From: a virus
Taxonomy: Duplodnaviria; Caudoviricetes
IMG/VR virus record: IMGVR_UViG_3300011336_000071
Location: 1-34,728 of that record
Strand: one strand, 5' to 3'
Length of the DNA stretch: 34,728 bases
Positions within the stretch are counted from its first letter, which is position 1. Every line of letters begins with the position of its first letter. Below, in pieces: positions 16,403 through 25,253 of the stretch. The notes below the pieces were generated by a model. That model was not told the origin of the DNA, searched no databases, and worked only from the letters and a program-made list of their open reading frames with translations. A program made the translations under genes and the position numbers.

Positions 16403-16909
16403 TTATGCCATGTCTGCGCCTACTTTGCCAACTTCGGCAACCCTGCGACTCCAGCCCTTGCCAAAGGTCGGCCAGTGCGGCAAGTCCATCAAGAATGACA
16501 GTCTGCGCTTGCCATAATCGTCAACCAGATCGCCCTCAAATGCCGCGACAGCCTGCAAAGTCTTTGGGCCGATGCCGCCGTCAGGATCAACACCTACGCA
16601 CGCTTGCAGCCACTTGGCAGCCCGACCTGGGCCGCTGTTCACCGCCGCATCAAACACCACATAGTCCACGCCAGCCGGCAGGTCATCGCCCTTGACCTTG
16701 TCCCAATACTTGGACTTGTACATCGGGCCAACAATCTCAGGGGTCAGGCCGCGCATGGTTTTTTCATCCACCTCATGCCCGACCCACTCCTCCCAGACCT
16801 TCTTGGTCACGCCAAGGTTGGTCATGCCACCAGGGTCTGACGGGTGGTTGACAAAGCCGCCCTCGTGGTGGAGGACAGCAGCCAGTGCGGAGTCAAAGTT
16901 TTCTTTCAT
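16403..16909 (-). CDS. Endolysin, glycoside hydrolase 108 with PG-binding domain
   Basis: HEGGFVNHPSDPGGMTNLGVT, FDAAVNSG, DGGIGPKT and FGKGWSRR. Confidence 0.93.
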   Translation of the reverse strand: MKENFDSALAAVLHHEGGFVNHPSDPGGMTNLGVTKKVWEEWVGHEVDEKTMRGLTPEIVGPMYKSKYWDKVKGDDLPAGVDYVVFDAAVNSGPGRAAKWLQACVGVDPDGGIGPKTLQAVAAFEGDLVDDYGKRRLSFLMDLPHWPTFGKGWSRRVAEVGKVGADMA

Positions 16910-17316
16910 TTCTTAGCCTTCATGTCCATGATTTTTTCCAAAGTGCGACCCCCAAAGTAAAAAGACATCACAAGCATGCCCCACTGGCCAAGCAGGGTGA
17001 CATAGACCTCGTTGGCATCCAGCTTGAATGCAGACATCATGGCAAACACAAAGTAGCCAATGAAGATGGCGACCAGTGTCATGGGCCTGATGTTCTTGGA
17101 CAGCCAAGAGTCGCTGCTCATGTCTGACTTGAGCCGGTCAGTCAGATTGTTCTGCTCTGTTTTGTACAAATCCGTATCATTGGCCAGCTTAGCCAGTTCA
17201 CCATCCTGCGCCATCTTGGCCAAGTCAAGCTGGGCCTTGGCCTTGGCTTCAGGATCAGGGATTAGTTTGTCAATGAGCTTGCCGCCCACGCTTATCAGTG
17301 CATCGAGTCCAATCAT
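16906..17316 (-). CDS. Holin (GTA 3TM-type)
   Basis: IDKLIPDP, DSWLSKNIRP and FYFGGRTLEK; two hydrophobic helices. Confidence 0.85.
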   Translation of the reverse strand: MIGLDALISVGGKLIDKLIPDPEAKAKAQLDLAKMAQDGELAKLANDTDLYKTEQNNLTDRLKSDMSSDSWLSKNIRPMTLVAIFIGYFVFAMMSAFKLDANEVYVTLLGQWGMLVMSFYFGGRTLEKIMDMKAKK

Positions 17317-17921
17317 TGCTTACTCCTTGAAAGCATTGTTGCGGCAATTTGCAGCATTGCACGGGTGCTGTCCATGTCTTCGGGCTGGGTAGCCCATCCG
17401 ACTGTGATCTGCCCAATGAACCTACCCGGTTCAGGTGGAACACTAATACGGCATGTGTAGGCCACACCCTTGGCAATATACCAAAGGCCCATTTCGCTTT
17501 GCGCTGACTTGTACTCGCCGCATGGAATCTCGCTGGCCATGAGCTTGACCACATCGGCGTTGTTGGCAGCGTTCTGAGTGAACAGGCCGACATCCAGCCC
17601 ATCATTCGTTTTGTCCCTGCCGTTCTTGCCATAAGCCCTGTGCAGGATGCGCGTGCCAAACATGCTGTTGACCTTGAACACCGCCACCACCAGCGCACCA
17701 GACTGCTTGAACAGGTGCGCTGCTGCATCCTCCACCCTGTCCTCTGCAATCGTTGGAATCTTCTTGGACTCTTTGTAAGCACCGATCAGCAGGTCTTGGT
17801 TTGCGTAGACAAAGTACCCTGCAAAGGTGAGCACGGCCATGAGCACCATTGCGAACAGCCGGAAGGGGCTGGACACATAGGCCAGAATTTTGTCAACTAG
17901 GGCAAGGCGTTCATCTGCCAT
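17313..17921 (-). CDS. Single-TM protein with a GAF-like domain; T4 T-holin-like
   Basis: One N-terminal TM followed by YKESK; C-terminal GQITVGW...AATMLSRSK, comparable from memory to T4 T (YKQSK, GTITMYW, AARILGRAK). Confidence 0.55.
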   Translation of the reverse strand: MADERLALVDKILAYVSSPFRLFAMVLMAVLTFAGYFVYANQDLLIGAYKESKKIPTIAEDRVEDAAAHLFKQSGALVVAVFKVNSMFGTRILHRAYGKNGRDKTNDGLDVGLFTQNAANNADVVKLMASEIPCGEYKSAQSEMGLWYIAKGVAYTCRISVPPEPGRFIGQITVGWATQPEDMDSTRAMLQIAATMLSRSKQ

Positions 17922-17924
17922 AAC

Positions 17925-18395
17925 TCACCCGCGCTGCTCAAGAATGCCAAAGGTGAAATACCCAATGATCCCAAGAATTGCAAACAGGACAAGCGCTACC
18001 AGCACGATCTCAACGACCTCATCGACCTCTTTCTTGCGCTTTTCAGCAGCCTCGCGTTCACGCCGTGCATCATGTGCAGACTCAACATCCATCGCCGCTG
18101 CTCTGGACTTGATCTTGTTCCAGACATCAATCTTGCCGGACTGCATGAACAGCAGTTGCAACTCGTCCTCAAACCGCTTGGCCTGATCCAGTGCCATCTC
18201 AATCTGGATGGCCGTACCCATGCTGGACTTGGACTTCTTGGCCTGAACAACAGCCTTGGTAGCCGTAGACTTGGCATCAAAATACTTGCCCAAAACAGGG
18301 CCGAGAGACGATACATCGTCAACAGTCTTGCTGACCTTCTTGATCAGGGCGACTGCTGCTTGGATACCCGCTAGCGCTGTTAGAGGATCAATCAC
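17925..18395 (-). CDS. Coiled-coil protein with a C-terminal TM (lysis region)
   Basis: MIDPLTALA start, charged helix, hydrophobic C-terminus. Confidence 0.7.
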   Translation of the reverse strand: MIDPLTALAGIQAAVALIKKVSKTVDDVSSLGPVLGKYFDAKSTATKAVVQAKKSKSSMGTAIQIEMALDQAKRFEDELQLLFMQSGKIDVWNKIKSRAAAMDVESAHDARREREAAEKRKKEVDEVVEIVLVALVLFAILGIIGYFTFGILEQRG

Positions 18396-18552
18396 TTTCG
18401 GCCTCCGCTACCTTCTTAGGCTCTGGTTTGCCTTTTTCCCGCCACTTCAAACACCAAACATCTAGCCTATCAGAAGACCATGACCATCTCACGCATTCAT
18501 AAACTGGGGCGGGTGCTTGCGCCACTGGCGGTGGTGGCGGCAGCGCGTCCAT
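18388..18552 (-). CDS. 54-aa Pro-rich Cys/Trp peptide
   Basis: MDALPPPPPVAQAPAPVYECVRWSWSSDRLDVWCLKWREK...; fills the gap exactly. Not in the ORF track. Confidence 0.65.
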   Translation of the reverse strand: MDALPPPPPVAQAPAPVYECVRWSWSSDRLDVWCLKWREKGKPEPKKVAEAESD

Positions 18553-18554
18553 GA

Positions 18555-18755
18555 TTACATCAGGATTTTTTTCAACATCTCGGCAGCGAAACCTGGCCCG
18601 AGCAAAGTGACCGCAATCAGCGCATAAAGAATGTACTCAATGCGGCTCATGCGCTTACTTCCGGATTCAAAGCTTTTTTGAATGTTCTCGTACCTGATGG
18701 CACAAATCTCTTCGTGCGTGGCTAGCTTGGCGTCCGTTGCGTCTATCTGGTTCAT
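18555..18755 (-). CDS. Small coiled-coil plus TM protein (XhlA/holin-like)
   Basis: [12 protein letters not shown]...RMSRIE followed by a TM segment. Confidence 0.7.
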   Translation of the reverse strand: MNQIDATDAKLATHEEICAIRYENIQKSFESGSKRMSRIEYILYALIAVTLLGPGFAAEMLKKILM

Positions 18756-20077
18756 GCTGCCTCAAGTGCGGTGATGCGGGTTGTCAGGGCTGTGATGAGG
18801 GCTTGTTGTTCTTGGATGGCTTTGACAAGGGTCGGAATCAAGTTGGCATTGACTGCCTTGTATGGTTCTTCACCTTCAGGGGCGGGGTCAAGCCACTCCT
18901 CTATCATGTCGGGAAAGACTGTTTCAAACTCTTGTGCAATAAAACCACGGGCGTCTTTGGTTCCAGCGCCCTTGCCTTCTTTCCAGTCAAACTTGCGCGG
19001 CTTGAGCGCCATGATTGAATCAAGGCCATCGTCCAAGTCACGAATGTTTTCTTTCAGTCGCTGATCGGAAATGCCTGTAATAGTCGTGCTTGTCGCGTTT
19101 ATGGTTCCTGCCATACTTACATAAAAGCGATATGCGCCTGCACCTGTTGAATATAGGTGATAGCAATTTGCCGCACTTGTAGAAGCTGCCATTGCCGCAC
19201 TAACAATACCCTCATTGGTGAATGAGATTCCAACAGCTGTTTGAGATTTAGAAGTTTGCCCCACCAGCAAGTTGCCGCTGGAGTCGATACGCATACGCTC
19301 GTTTCGTGAGTTTCCGCCTGTGGAAAAAGAAACCCCATCAGCGCCGTTGATGCTCAAGCCGTCTGCATTTCCATCGCCGCTGTGGTCATACGCACAGATG
19401 GACAAGTTAAAAATGTCGCTGGCAGTTGTGCCAAGGCCGGGCCTGAAGTTCAACACCCCGCCAATGCTTGATGTAAGGCTACCAGTGGTAAACAGCGAGA
19501 TGCCAGCGCCAGCAAGCGAAAGTACGCCACTCGTTGGGCCGACATTAAATTTGTAGTTTGGCGAACTCGTCCCAATCCCCACATCGCCGGTCGATGTAAT
19601 TCGCATAACTTCCGCACCACCTTCAGCAAAAGCAATGGTGTCAGCCGCAGGAAAGAAGATGCCTGTGTTGGTGTCGCCGGTGGTGGTGATGGATGGTGTG
19701 CCTACTGCACCGGCTGGGAATACAACACCGCCAGTGCCTTTGGGTGTAAGTGCAATCCCAATGTTCGTATCGCCACCTGTAGCAGATAACGCTGGTGCGC
19801 CACCAGTGGCCGCATTGGCCAGTGTCAACTCGTTCACAGCAGAAGCTGTGGCAGTCACCTTCAGCAACTCATTGCCGTTGGTGTCAATGACATCGCCAAC
19901 CAGCTTGAGGCTCTTGCCAGATCCAATGTTCAGGCCAACAGATGTGCCAGTGCCGTTGGCGGTAAAGATTGCGTCAACCGAGTCCAGGTCGGTATTAATC
20001 TTCGTCCCCCAAGTGTCTGTCGATGCGCCTACCTCTGGCTTCGTCAGCAGTAGGTTGGTGGTGGTGGTATCTGGCAT
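18752..20077 (-). CDS. Tail fibre with a C-terminal peptidase S74 chaperone domain
   Basis: N-terminal [15 protein letters not shown] anchor; [13 protein letters not shown] and [13 protein letters not shown] repeats; SDQRLKENI...GFIAQE...LVKAIQEQQ. Confidence 0.9.
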   Translation of the reverse strand: MPDTTTTNLLLTKPEVGASTDTWGTKINTDLDSVDAIFTANGTGTSVGLNIGSGKSLKLVGDVIDTNGNELLKVTATASAVNELTLANAATGGAPALSATGGDTNIGIALTPKGTGGVVFPAGAVGTPSITTTGDTNTGIFFPAADTIAFAEGGAEVMRITSTGDVGIGTSSPNYKFNVGPTSGVLSLAGAGISLFTTGSLTSSIGGVLNFRPGLGTTASDIFNLSICAYDHSGDGNADGLSINGADGVSFSTGGNSRNERMRIDSSGNLLVGQTSKSQTAVGISFTNEGIVSAAMAASTSAANCYHLYSTGAGAYRFYVSMAGTINATSTTITGISDQRLKENIRDLDDGLDSIMALKPRKFDWKEGKGAGTKDARGFIAQEFETVFPDMIEEWLDPAPEGEEPYKAVNANLIPTLVKAIQEQQALITALTTRITALEAA

Positions 20078-20086
20078 GCGTTACTC

Positions 20087-20728
20087 CTAAATGGATGTCC
20101 AAGTCTCAGAATTATCAGCGATAACAGTCCAACTTTCTGCACTGTCGCTGATCGGTGTGTAAGTTTCTGCGCTGTCGGGTATCGCACCCCAGCCAAAGCC
20201 AAAGATGATGCCGGCAGACCCTGTGGCGCTATTGCCTGTCAATGCAACTGTGATGGAATTGCTGACACTGCCAACTGATCCCGTTGCGCCGTTGCCTGTG
20301 ATTGCTTGGAAAGTGATGACCTCGCTCGGCATCGTCTCCACAGCACCAGTCGCCGCATTGCCTGTGACCGCTTTCGTGCTGGTGACACTGACAGAGCCGA
20401 CAGAGCCTGTGGCCGTGTTGCCGGTGGCAGCAAATGCAAGACTCGGGGTAACGCTGCCAACTGCCAAAGTCGCCGCATTGCCGGTGACTGCGTTGGTCGA
20501 GGATACCGATACAGAGCCAACAGCACCCGTGGCCGAATTGCCCGTGATGGCAATGGATAAAGTCAGCCCGACTGTGCCGACATTGCCTGTGGCAATTGTT
20601 CCGTCTTCTTGGATTGACCTGTCGGCCAGCAAGTTACCAGCAGCACCAGTCGCCTGGTTGCCGCTGATGACAACATTGCCTATGCCATAAGCACCAAGGC
20701 CGTAGTAGCCCGACCCATAAGCAGCCAT
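20087..20728 (-). CDS. Repeat-rich structural (fibre-like) protein
   Basis: About eight ~19-aa repeats of the form [VI]TGNxATGxVGSV. Confidence 0.7.
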   Translation of the reverse strand: MAAYGSGYYGLGAYGIGNVVISGNQATGAAGNLLADRSIQEDGTIATGNVGTVGLTLSIAITGNSATGAVGSVSVSSTNAVTGNAATLAVGSVTPSLAFAATGNTATGSVGSVSVTSTKAVTGNAATGAVETMPSEVITFQAITGNGATGSVGSVSNSITVALTGNSATGSAGIIFGFGWGAIPDSAETYTPISDSAESWTVIADNSETWTSI

Positions 20729-20740
20729 GCTGCTGCCCCT

Positions 20741-21196
20741 TTAAGCCAGCCGGATCAGGCCGGTGCTGGCATCATTGGTTGGCATCGTCAGCGTGAATGT
20801 GCCTGCGGTCACAGTCTGTGAGCCAAAGGTGTGGACGCTGACCGCCTTGTTGCTTTGAGTGCTGTTGTAAATCAGGACAGCATCAAAAGCTGTGGCCAGT
20901 GTGACAGTAGTGTAAGTAATGCTGGCGCTGGGGGTCACAAACGCTGTCGTGCCGCTGGTGCTTGGGGCAGTGCCAAAGGTCACTGTCGCGCCGCCGGCAG
21001 TGTAGCCAGTGCCACTCACCTCATTGGTGGCGCTATAGGCCGTGGTGGCGGCATTGACTGTGGCAGATGCCAAGTACAGCGCAGCCTTGAAGGTGTCGGC
21101 AGCAGTAGAGCCACGGGTCACGCCAGTGCCAAAGTTGTGATGACCGACAAGCAGTTCACCCTTGAAGCTGGTACACATTGCCTGAGTGTTAGCCAT
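20741..21196 (-). CDS. Virion structural protein
   Basis: QAMCTSFKGELL, FKAALY, NEVSGTGYTAGG and GTFTLTMP; family common in phage structural modules. Confidence 0.7.
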   Translation of the reverse strand: MANTQAMCTSFKGELLVGHHNFGTGVTRGSTAADTFKAALYLASATVNAATTAYSATNEVSGTGYTAGGATVTFGTAPSTSGTTAFVTPSASITYTTVTLATAFDAVLIYNSTQSNKAVSVHTFGSQTVTAGTFTLTMPTNDASTGLIRLA

Positions 21197-21207
21197 GATC
21201 TATTTCC

Positions 21208-21399
21208 TTAAATTTGTTCAGTAATGCCATCAGCAAAAACACCGCGTTTCAAAACCATATTCACCGACCTGTGAACCAACTCTTCGCCCAGCCAGTACTC
21301 GACCCAAGTCGTTGTCTCGGTGTCGTTCTCCACAGACCCCTCACGCTTTTCAAGCAGTGACTCGTCCATCTCGCCCTTGGTAGTGGTAATCATATTCAT
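21208..21399 (-). CDS. Hypothetical protein
   Basis: 63 aa, ATGA-coupled; WVEYWL..ELVHRS. Confidence 0.65.
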   Translation of the reverse strand: MNMITTTKGEMDESLLEKREGSVENDTETTTWVEYWLGEELVHRSVNMVLKRGVFADGITEQI

Positions 21400-22019
21400 C
21401 CAAAAGTTTTTGCACGGGTTAAAAGCGCACCGCCTGATGTCGCACCTCGGTCATCAGCAACTTGCAGGTCGTTTAAGGCACGCTCATACAGCGTTGCCCA
21501 CACCTGAATTCTATTGTCATCCTGAAGGTATGGCGCAGCTTGCAGCAGACTTCCGTACAAATAGGCGTCTGGGCTGGACTCCAAAATAAAGTTGGTTGCC
21601 ACAGAGGTTGACAACTTGCTCAGTTTTGCGTAGTAAGTCAACTCAGTCGCATAGTTAGAGTCTGGTGTTGGCACAAGCCTAAACTGTTGGCCAACCACGC
21701 CAAAGAAACTTGGCCTGCCGCTGGCTGTGAATTTTGTGGCCTCTGCATCCAGCGCATCTATCGTCATAAACGACAGCGGGGTAACGGGATTAGTGCCACT
21801 CAGCTTGAAGGACTTGACCTCCAAAAAGTCATTCGGCGTTGCTCCGTACTCAGCATTGAATGAGGCATTGGCTCTCACGATCATCTGTCTGGTGCGCAGC
21901 GTGCGCTCCATCTGCGCCTCGGCCAGAGAGATGAAGTCAGGAATGGCGGCCGTCAGGTCATCTCGGTTGAGCCAGTCTGCAATGGATGCCTTTAGCTCGG
22001 TGTAGGTTGTCAGTGCCAT
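21396..22019 (-). CDS. Head-tail adaptor (tail tubular A-like)
   Basis: MALTTYTELKASIADWLNRDDL...FISLAEA and PDAYLYGSL; TAATG overlap with the upstream gene. Confidence 0.8.
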   Translation of the reverse strand: MALTTYTELKASIADWLNRDDLTAAIPDFISLAEAQMERTLRTRQMIVRANASFNAEYGATPNDFLEVKSFKLSGTNPVTPLSFMTIDALDAEATKFTASGRPSFFGVVGQQFRLVPTPDSNYATELTYYAKLSKLSTSVATNFILESSPDAYLYGSLLQAAPYLQDDNRIQVWATLYERALNDLQVADDRGATSGGALLTRAKTFG

Positions 22020-22669
22020 TATTGAGCCTCTTTTTCCATTTCCTCTTTGACGATCCAAGTGTGCTCATGGCGAAATTCAAATGTGCCAATGTGGCCGATT
22101 TCCTTTGAGACATCATGGTCGATGTAGATTTTGTAACCAAGCTCTTGCGCTTTCTTACAAAAGAACACATCCTCACCCATGTAGCCCCGTGAAGTCTGCC
22201 ACGGCATATCGAACCACGGCTCACTCATGCCCTCAAACACCTCGCGCTTGATGAGCATTATGCCAGTGCCAATGCTTCCCACCTCTTCCAATCCGGTGGA
22301 TTCTGGCATTGTGTAGACCGACTGGCGCTTGCCTTCGGCGTCATAGTTCTGGGCAGTCGGGCCAGTTGGCATCCTGCGCCGTGCGCAGTTGGCGGCCACG
22401 ATGGGCTGGTCATGCTTCAAAAGCCGCTGAACCATGTCTTGTGGGAATGTCATATCCGAGTCAATGAACAGGATGTGCGTGCATCCTTCAGCCATCGCGT
22501 CCAAGCAAAGGTCAGCCCTTTGGTTTTGGATAATTGTGCCTTGCATCAATTTCAGACTGATTGCGTCTGTGGTGTTGAGCGTGTGATAGGCCACCATGTT
22601 CACCATGCAGTAGGTGTAATTGGTGTGAACCTGATCTCGGGCAGGGGTGCAGACGGCAATGTAGTTCAT
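22019..22669 (-). CDS. Glycosyltransferase family 2-like protein
   Basis: THILFIDSDM (DxD), GTGIMLIKREVF, GEDVFFC and IGHIG. Confidence 0.85.
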   Translation of the reverse strand: MNYIAVCTPARDQVHTNYTYCMVNMVAYHTLNTTDAISLKLMQGTIIQNQRADLCLDAMAEGCTHILFIDSDMTFPQDMVQRLLKHDQPIVAANCARRRMPTGPTAQNYDAEGKRQSVYTMPESTGLEEVGSIGTGIMLIKREVFEGMSEPWFDMPWQTSRGYMGEDVFFCKKAQELGYKIYIDHDVSKEIGHIGTFEFRHEHTWIVKEEMEKEAQ

Positions 22670-22983
22670 ACTTTCCCAGGTCTAGTTCTAAAAAATTGGT
22701 TGTCGCTGTCGTTGAGCCAGCGCTTCATATACTCCTGGTCATCGATCTTTCCCTCGGCCTTCATCTTGTAATAGAGAGATTCGGGGATGGACGCCACCAA
22801 GTGCCACTCACCACTCCAGTTGGCTTTCTCATCCACAGCGTTATAGATGGCCTTGTTGGCCTCAATAACCGCTGTGATGTCTTGCTCAGTCTCAATGGTC
22901 ACATCGCCGGTTTCTGCATTCTCATGCCAGTAGCGGGTGATGCCTTGATCTTTGTTTTCGCTGAATAGTCTTTTGTGAATCAT
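22666..22983 (-). CDS. Hypothetical protein following the capsid gene
   Basis: QDITAVIEANK, HLVASIP and WLNDSDN.FFRT. Confidence 0.75.
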   Translation of the reverse strand: MIHKRLFSENKDQGITRYWHENAETGDVTIETEQDITAVIEANKAIYNAVDEKANWSGEWHLVASIPESLYYKMKAEGKIDDQEYMKRWLNDSDNQFFRTRPGKV

Positions 22984-22985
22984 TT

Positions 22986-23013
22986 AAAAAAGGGCCAGAT
23001 TTCTCTGGCCCTT
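22986..23013 (-). terminator. Rho-independent terminator after the major capsid gene
   Basis: AGGGCCAGA-gaaa-TCTGGCCCT followed by a T run on the minus strand. Confidence 0.85.
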
Positions 23014-23027
23014 CCCGTTGCTTACTA

Positions 23028-23990
23028 TTAAGAAGTAATCAAGTCAGCGGCCAAGCCGTGGGCATTTTCAGCCGACACTTTGTGACCCCACTCAACGATC
23101 AGCATGCGCTTCTCAGCGTCACCTGTCTTGGCCAGTTCGACTTGCTGGTAGGGACGAAGCACAGTCATCTTGGCGTAGTCAGGATCGATCACCCATGCAT
23201 CACGCTCACGCTGGAAGCGGTTCGCAATAACTTGCACGTTTCCGAAATCGCTGACATAAATGTCAACGGCCCCGACCAATGTGGCAGGCTTTGCGCCACC
23301 ATCAATGTTGAAACGGCTAGAAGCAATACCAGAGAAACCAGATACGCGCTGCTTGTTGACAGGGCCGCACATCAAGATCTTCGGTGTACCGCCGGCTGTC
23401 CAAACCTTCTGGATCACATTCTTGAGAATGGTTTCAGTGAAGGTGCGCACATTGCCGTCTGTACGGGCACTGTTTGGCAGCGTTGTGTACGATGGGTCAG
23501 TGCCGTTGGTCTGCTTGTCGGTGTTTGTTTTCACAAACGCGCCCAGGGATGCAGACACACGGGCAGTCGTAGAGTCACCAGCCACAGCGATGCCGCCGTT
23601 CAGCATGACAAACTCTTGGTCGCGCTTCAACTCAGAACCACGCTTTGCGATCTGGTAAGCCAGTTCGCTGCGGCGGCCAGCCTTGTTCACCACTTCTTCA
23701 GTGGCAGACAAGATGATCGTCTTGCGTGAAATCTGTGCGTAGTTTTGCAGACGCGTAGTTGCGGTCACAGAGTCAAAAGATGAAACATCATCACCCTCAA
23801 GCTGGGCATTGGCAGCGGCTGCGGCCAATGTGTCAGTCTGCCACTCGAACAAGCTGTTGGACACATTCTCGCGTCCAATGTTGCTCATGTAAGGTGTCTC
23901 TTCAGGTGCAATGTTGGTGATCACATTGCTAAGATCTTCTCGAATGCCTTTGGCACTGTAAGTGAGAAATGTATTGCTAACGATAGCCAT
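23028..23990 (-). CDS. Major capsid protein (DUF5309/SU10-like)
   Basis: GIREDLSNVITNIAPEETP, FEWQTD, NYAQI, ELKRDQE, YVSDFG and LAKTGDAEK. Confidence 0.92.
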   Translation of the reverse strand: MAIVSNTFLTYSAKGIREDLSNVITNIAPEETPYMSNIGRENVSNSLFEWQTDTLAAAAANAQLEGDDVSSFDSVTATTRLQNYAQISRKTIILSATEEVVNKAGRRSELAYQIAKRGSELKRDQEFVMLNGGIAVAGDSTTARVSASLGAFVKTNTDKQTNGTDPSYTTLPNSARTDGNVRTFTETILKNVIQKVWTAGGTPKILMCGPVNKQRVSGFSGIASSRFNIDGGAKPATLVGAVDIYVSDFGNVQVIANRFQRERDAWVIDPDYAKMTVLRPYQQVELAKTGDAEKRMLIVEWGHKVSAENAHGLAADLITS

Positions 23991-23999
23991 GATTTTTCC

Positions 24000-24980
24000 C
24001 TATTTTAAAAGTTTAAAAATTGCATCAGCCGCATCATCGACACGGCCAGTTTTTGCAAGACGCTGTTGTGCGCGAGTAACCTCACTTGTTGTCGAAACCC
24101 GACCCGCTGCTCCTGGCTTGGCTGGTCGTGGGCCATTGTTCACCACAGGCTTGATGCCTTGGCGTTTACTTACCATCTGGTCAAACAGTGCCGCTTTTCG
24201 CAGCAGTAAAACCAGCCGGTGATCGTAAACACTCTTCAAGTCTTCATCTGAAAAACCGGCAGACTTGGCAGACTCAATGAGCATCGCTTTTTCGAGCTTT
24301 GCTTTCTTTGGGTCTTTCCACTCTGGCAGCGCCGCCAACAGCGCATCTTTCTGGCTTTCCAGATGCTGCTGCATAGACTGCTGCTGCTCTTGCTGACTCA
24401 ACTGGTAAAGGCGCTGCTGCTCGGCCTGAATAGCGTATGCCTTTTCCTGTCGCTCCCGCAAAACCTCTTTTTGCCGCACCCACTCGATTGGGTCTTCGTT
24501 ATAAAGACGATCCAAATCGACCTGCGGCTCTGAAGCCTGAAGCTGCGCTTGCAATGCTCCCAACAATTGAGCGTACTGTCCACGCTCGGCCCGAACTGCC
24601 TGCGTTTCTTGCTCGACCTGCTTGCGCACTTCGGCAATCTGCTGCGTTTTTCGGGTGTAGTCCTGAGTCCTTGAATAGCCTTTTTGGAGTTCGTCCAGCG
24701 TCACAGCGACTTCCTTACCGTCAATCTTGACGGTGAAAGTCTGTGGCTGTTCTTGCTCCTCTTGCTCTTCCTCTTCTCCAGACTGTTCCTCTGAGGTTTC
24801 TTCATCTGGCGCGTCTTCCACACCAGACTCATCATCCTCAGAAGCCGCTGCCTCTAAGTCCTCTTCGGACTCTTCGGCTGACTGCGTCTCACCAACTTGC
24901 GCTTGTCCCTCTTCAGGGGCCAACATTGCTGAGATTGCACTGGCCGCATCGGCCAAATTCGTTGCTTGTATTTCTGCCAT
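24000..24980 (-). CDS. Capsid scaffolding protein
   Basis: Acidic N-terminus, VKIDGKEV.VTLDEL.KGYSR..DYTRKTQ, coiled coil; directly upstream of the capsid gene. Confidence 0.88.
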   Translation of the reverse strand: MAEIQATNLADAASAISAMLAPEEGQAQVGETQSAEESEEDLEAAASEDDESGVEDAPDEETSEEQSGEEEEQEEQEQPQTFTVKIDGKEVAVTLDELQKGYSRTQDYTRKTQQIAEVRKQVEQETQAVRAERGQYAQLLGALQAQLQASEPQVDLDRLYNEDPIEWVRQKEVLRERQEKAYAIQAEQQRLYQLSQQEQQQSMQQHLESQKDALLAALPEWKDPKKAKLEKAMLIESAKSAGFSDEDLKSVYDHRLVLLLRKAALFDQMVSKRQGIKPVVNNGPRPAKPGAAGRVSTTSEVTRAQQRLAKTGRVDDAADAIFKLLK

Positions 24981-24989
24981 GATATTTTC

Positions 24990-25253
24990 TTAAATTAGAT
25001 TTTTCTGTGATTTAGTGATAGCGCTCTGTGCAATCTTTCCGTTGTCCATGATCCGGATCAACTCTTGCCGCAGGCCATCAATGGCCTGCATCATGCACCA
25101 CGCTGTCTCTCTCTTCACAGACTCTTCGGGTTTCGAGGATCGAAATACCCAAAGTTGGTCATTTTCCAATTTTGCGATTGCAGCGTTGAGGGTTTCGTCC
25201 TCAAGTAGCTGCTTGGCCTTTCGGCCTTTGTTTACCTGGTCTTCATTTGTCAC
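24990..25253 (-). CDS. Hypothetical protein between portal and scaffold
   Basis: 87 aa; GRKAKQLLED...RETAW. Confidence 0.75.
   Translation of the reverse strand: MTNEDQVNKGRKAKQLLEDETLNAAIAKLENDQLWVFRSSKPEESVKRETAWCMMQAIDGLRQELIRIMDNGKIAQSAITKSQKNLI

Noticed and set aside
18752-20077. Diversity-generating retroelement or fibre shufflon
   Set aside because: No reverse transcriptase, template repeat or alternative fibre tips in the window.
20087-20728. Periodic ~57-60-bp DNA repeats as a CRISPR-like array
   Set aside because: Degenerate at third codon positions and in frame; explained by protein repeats.
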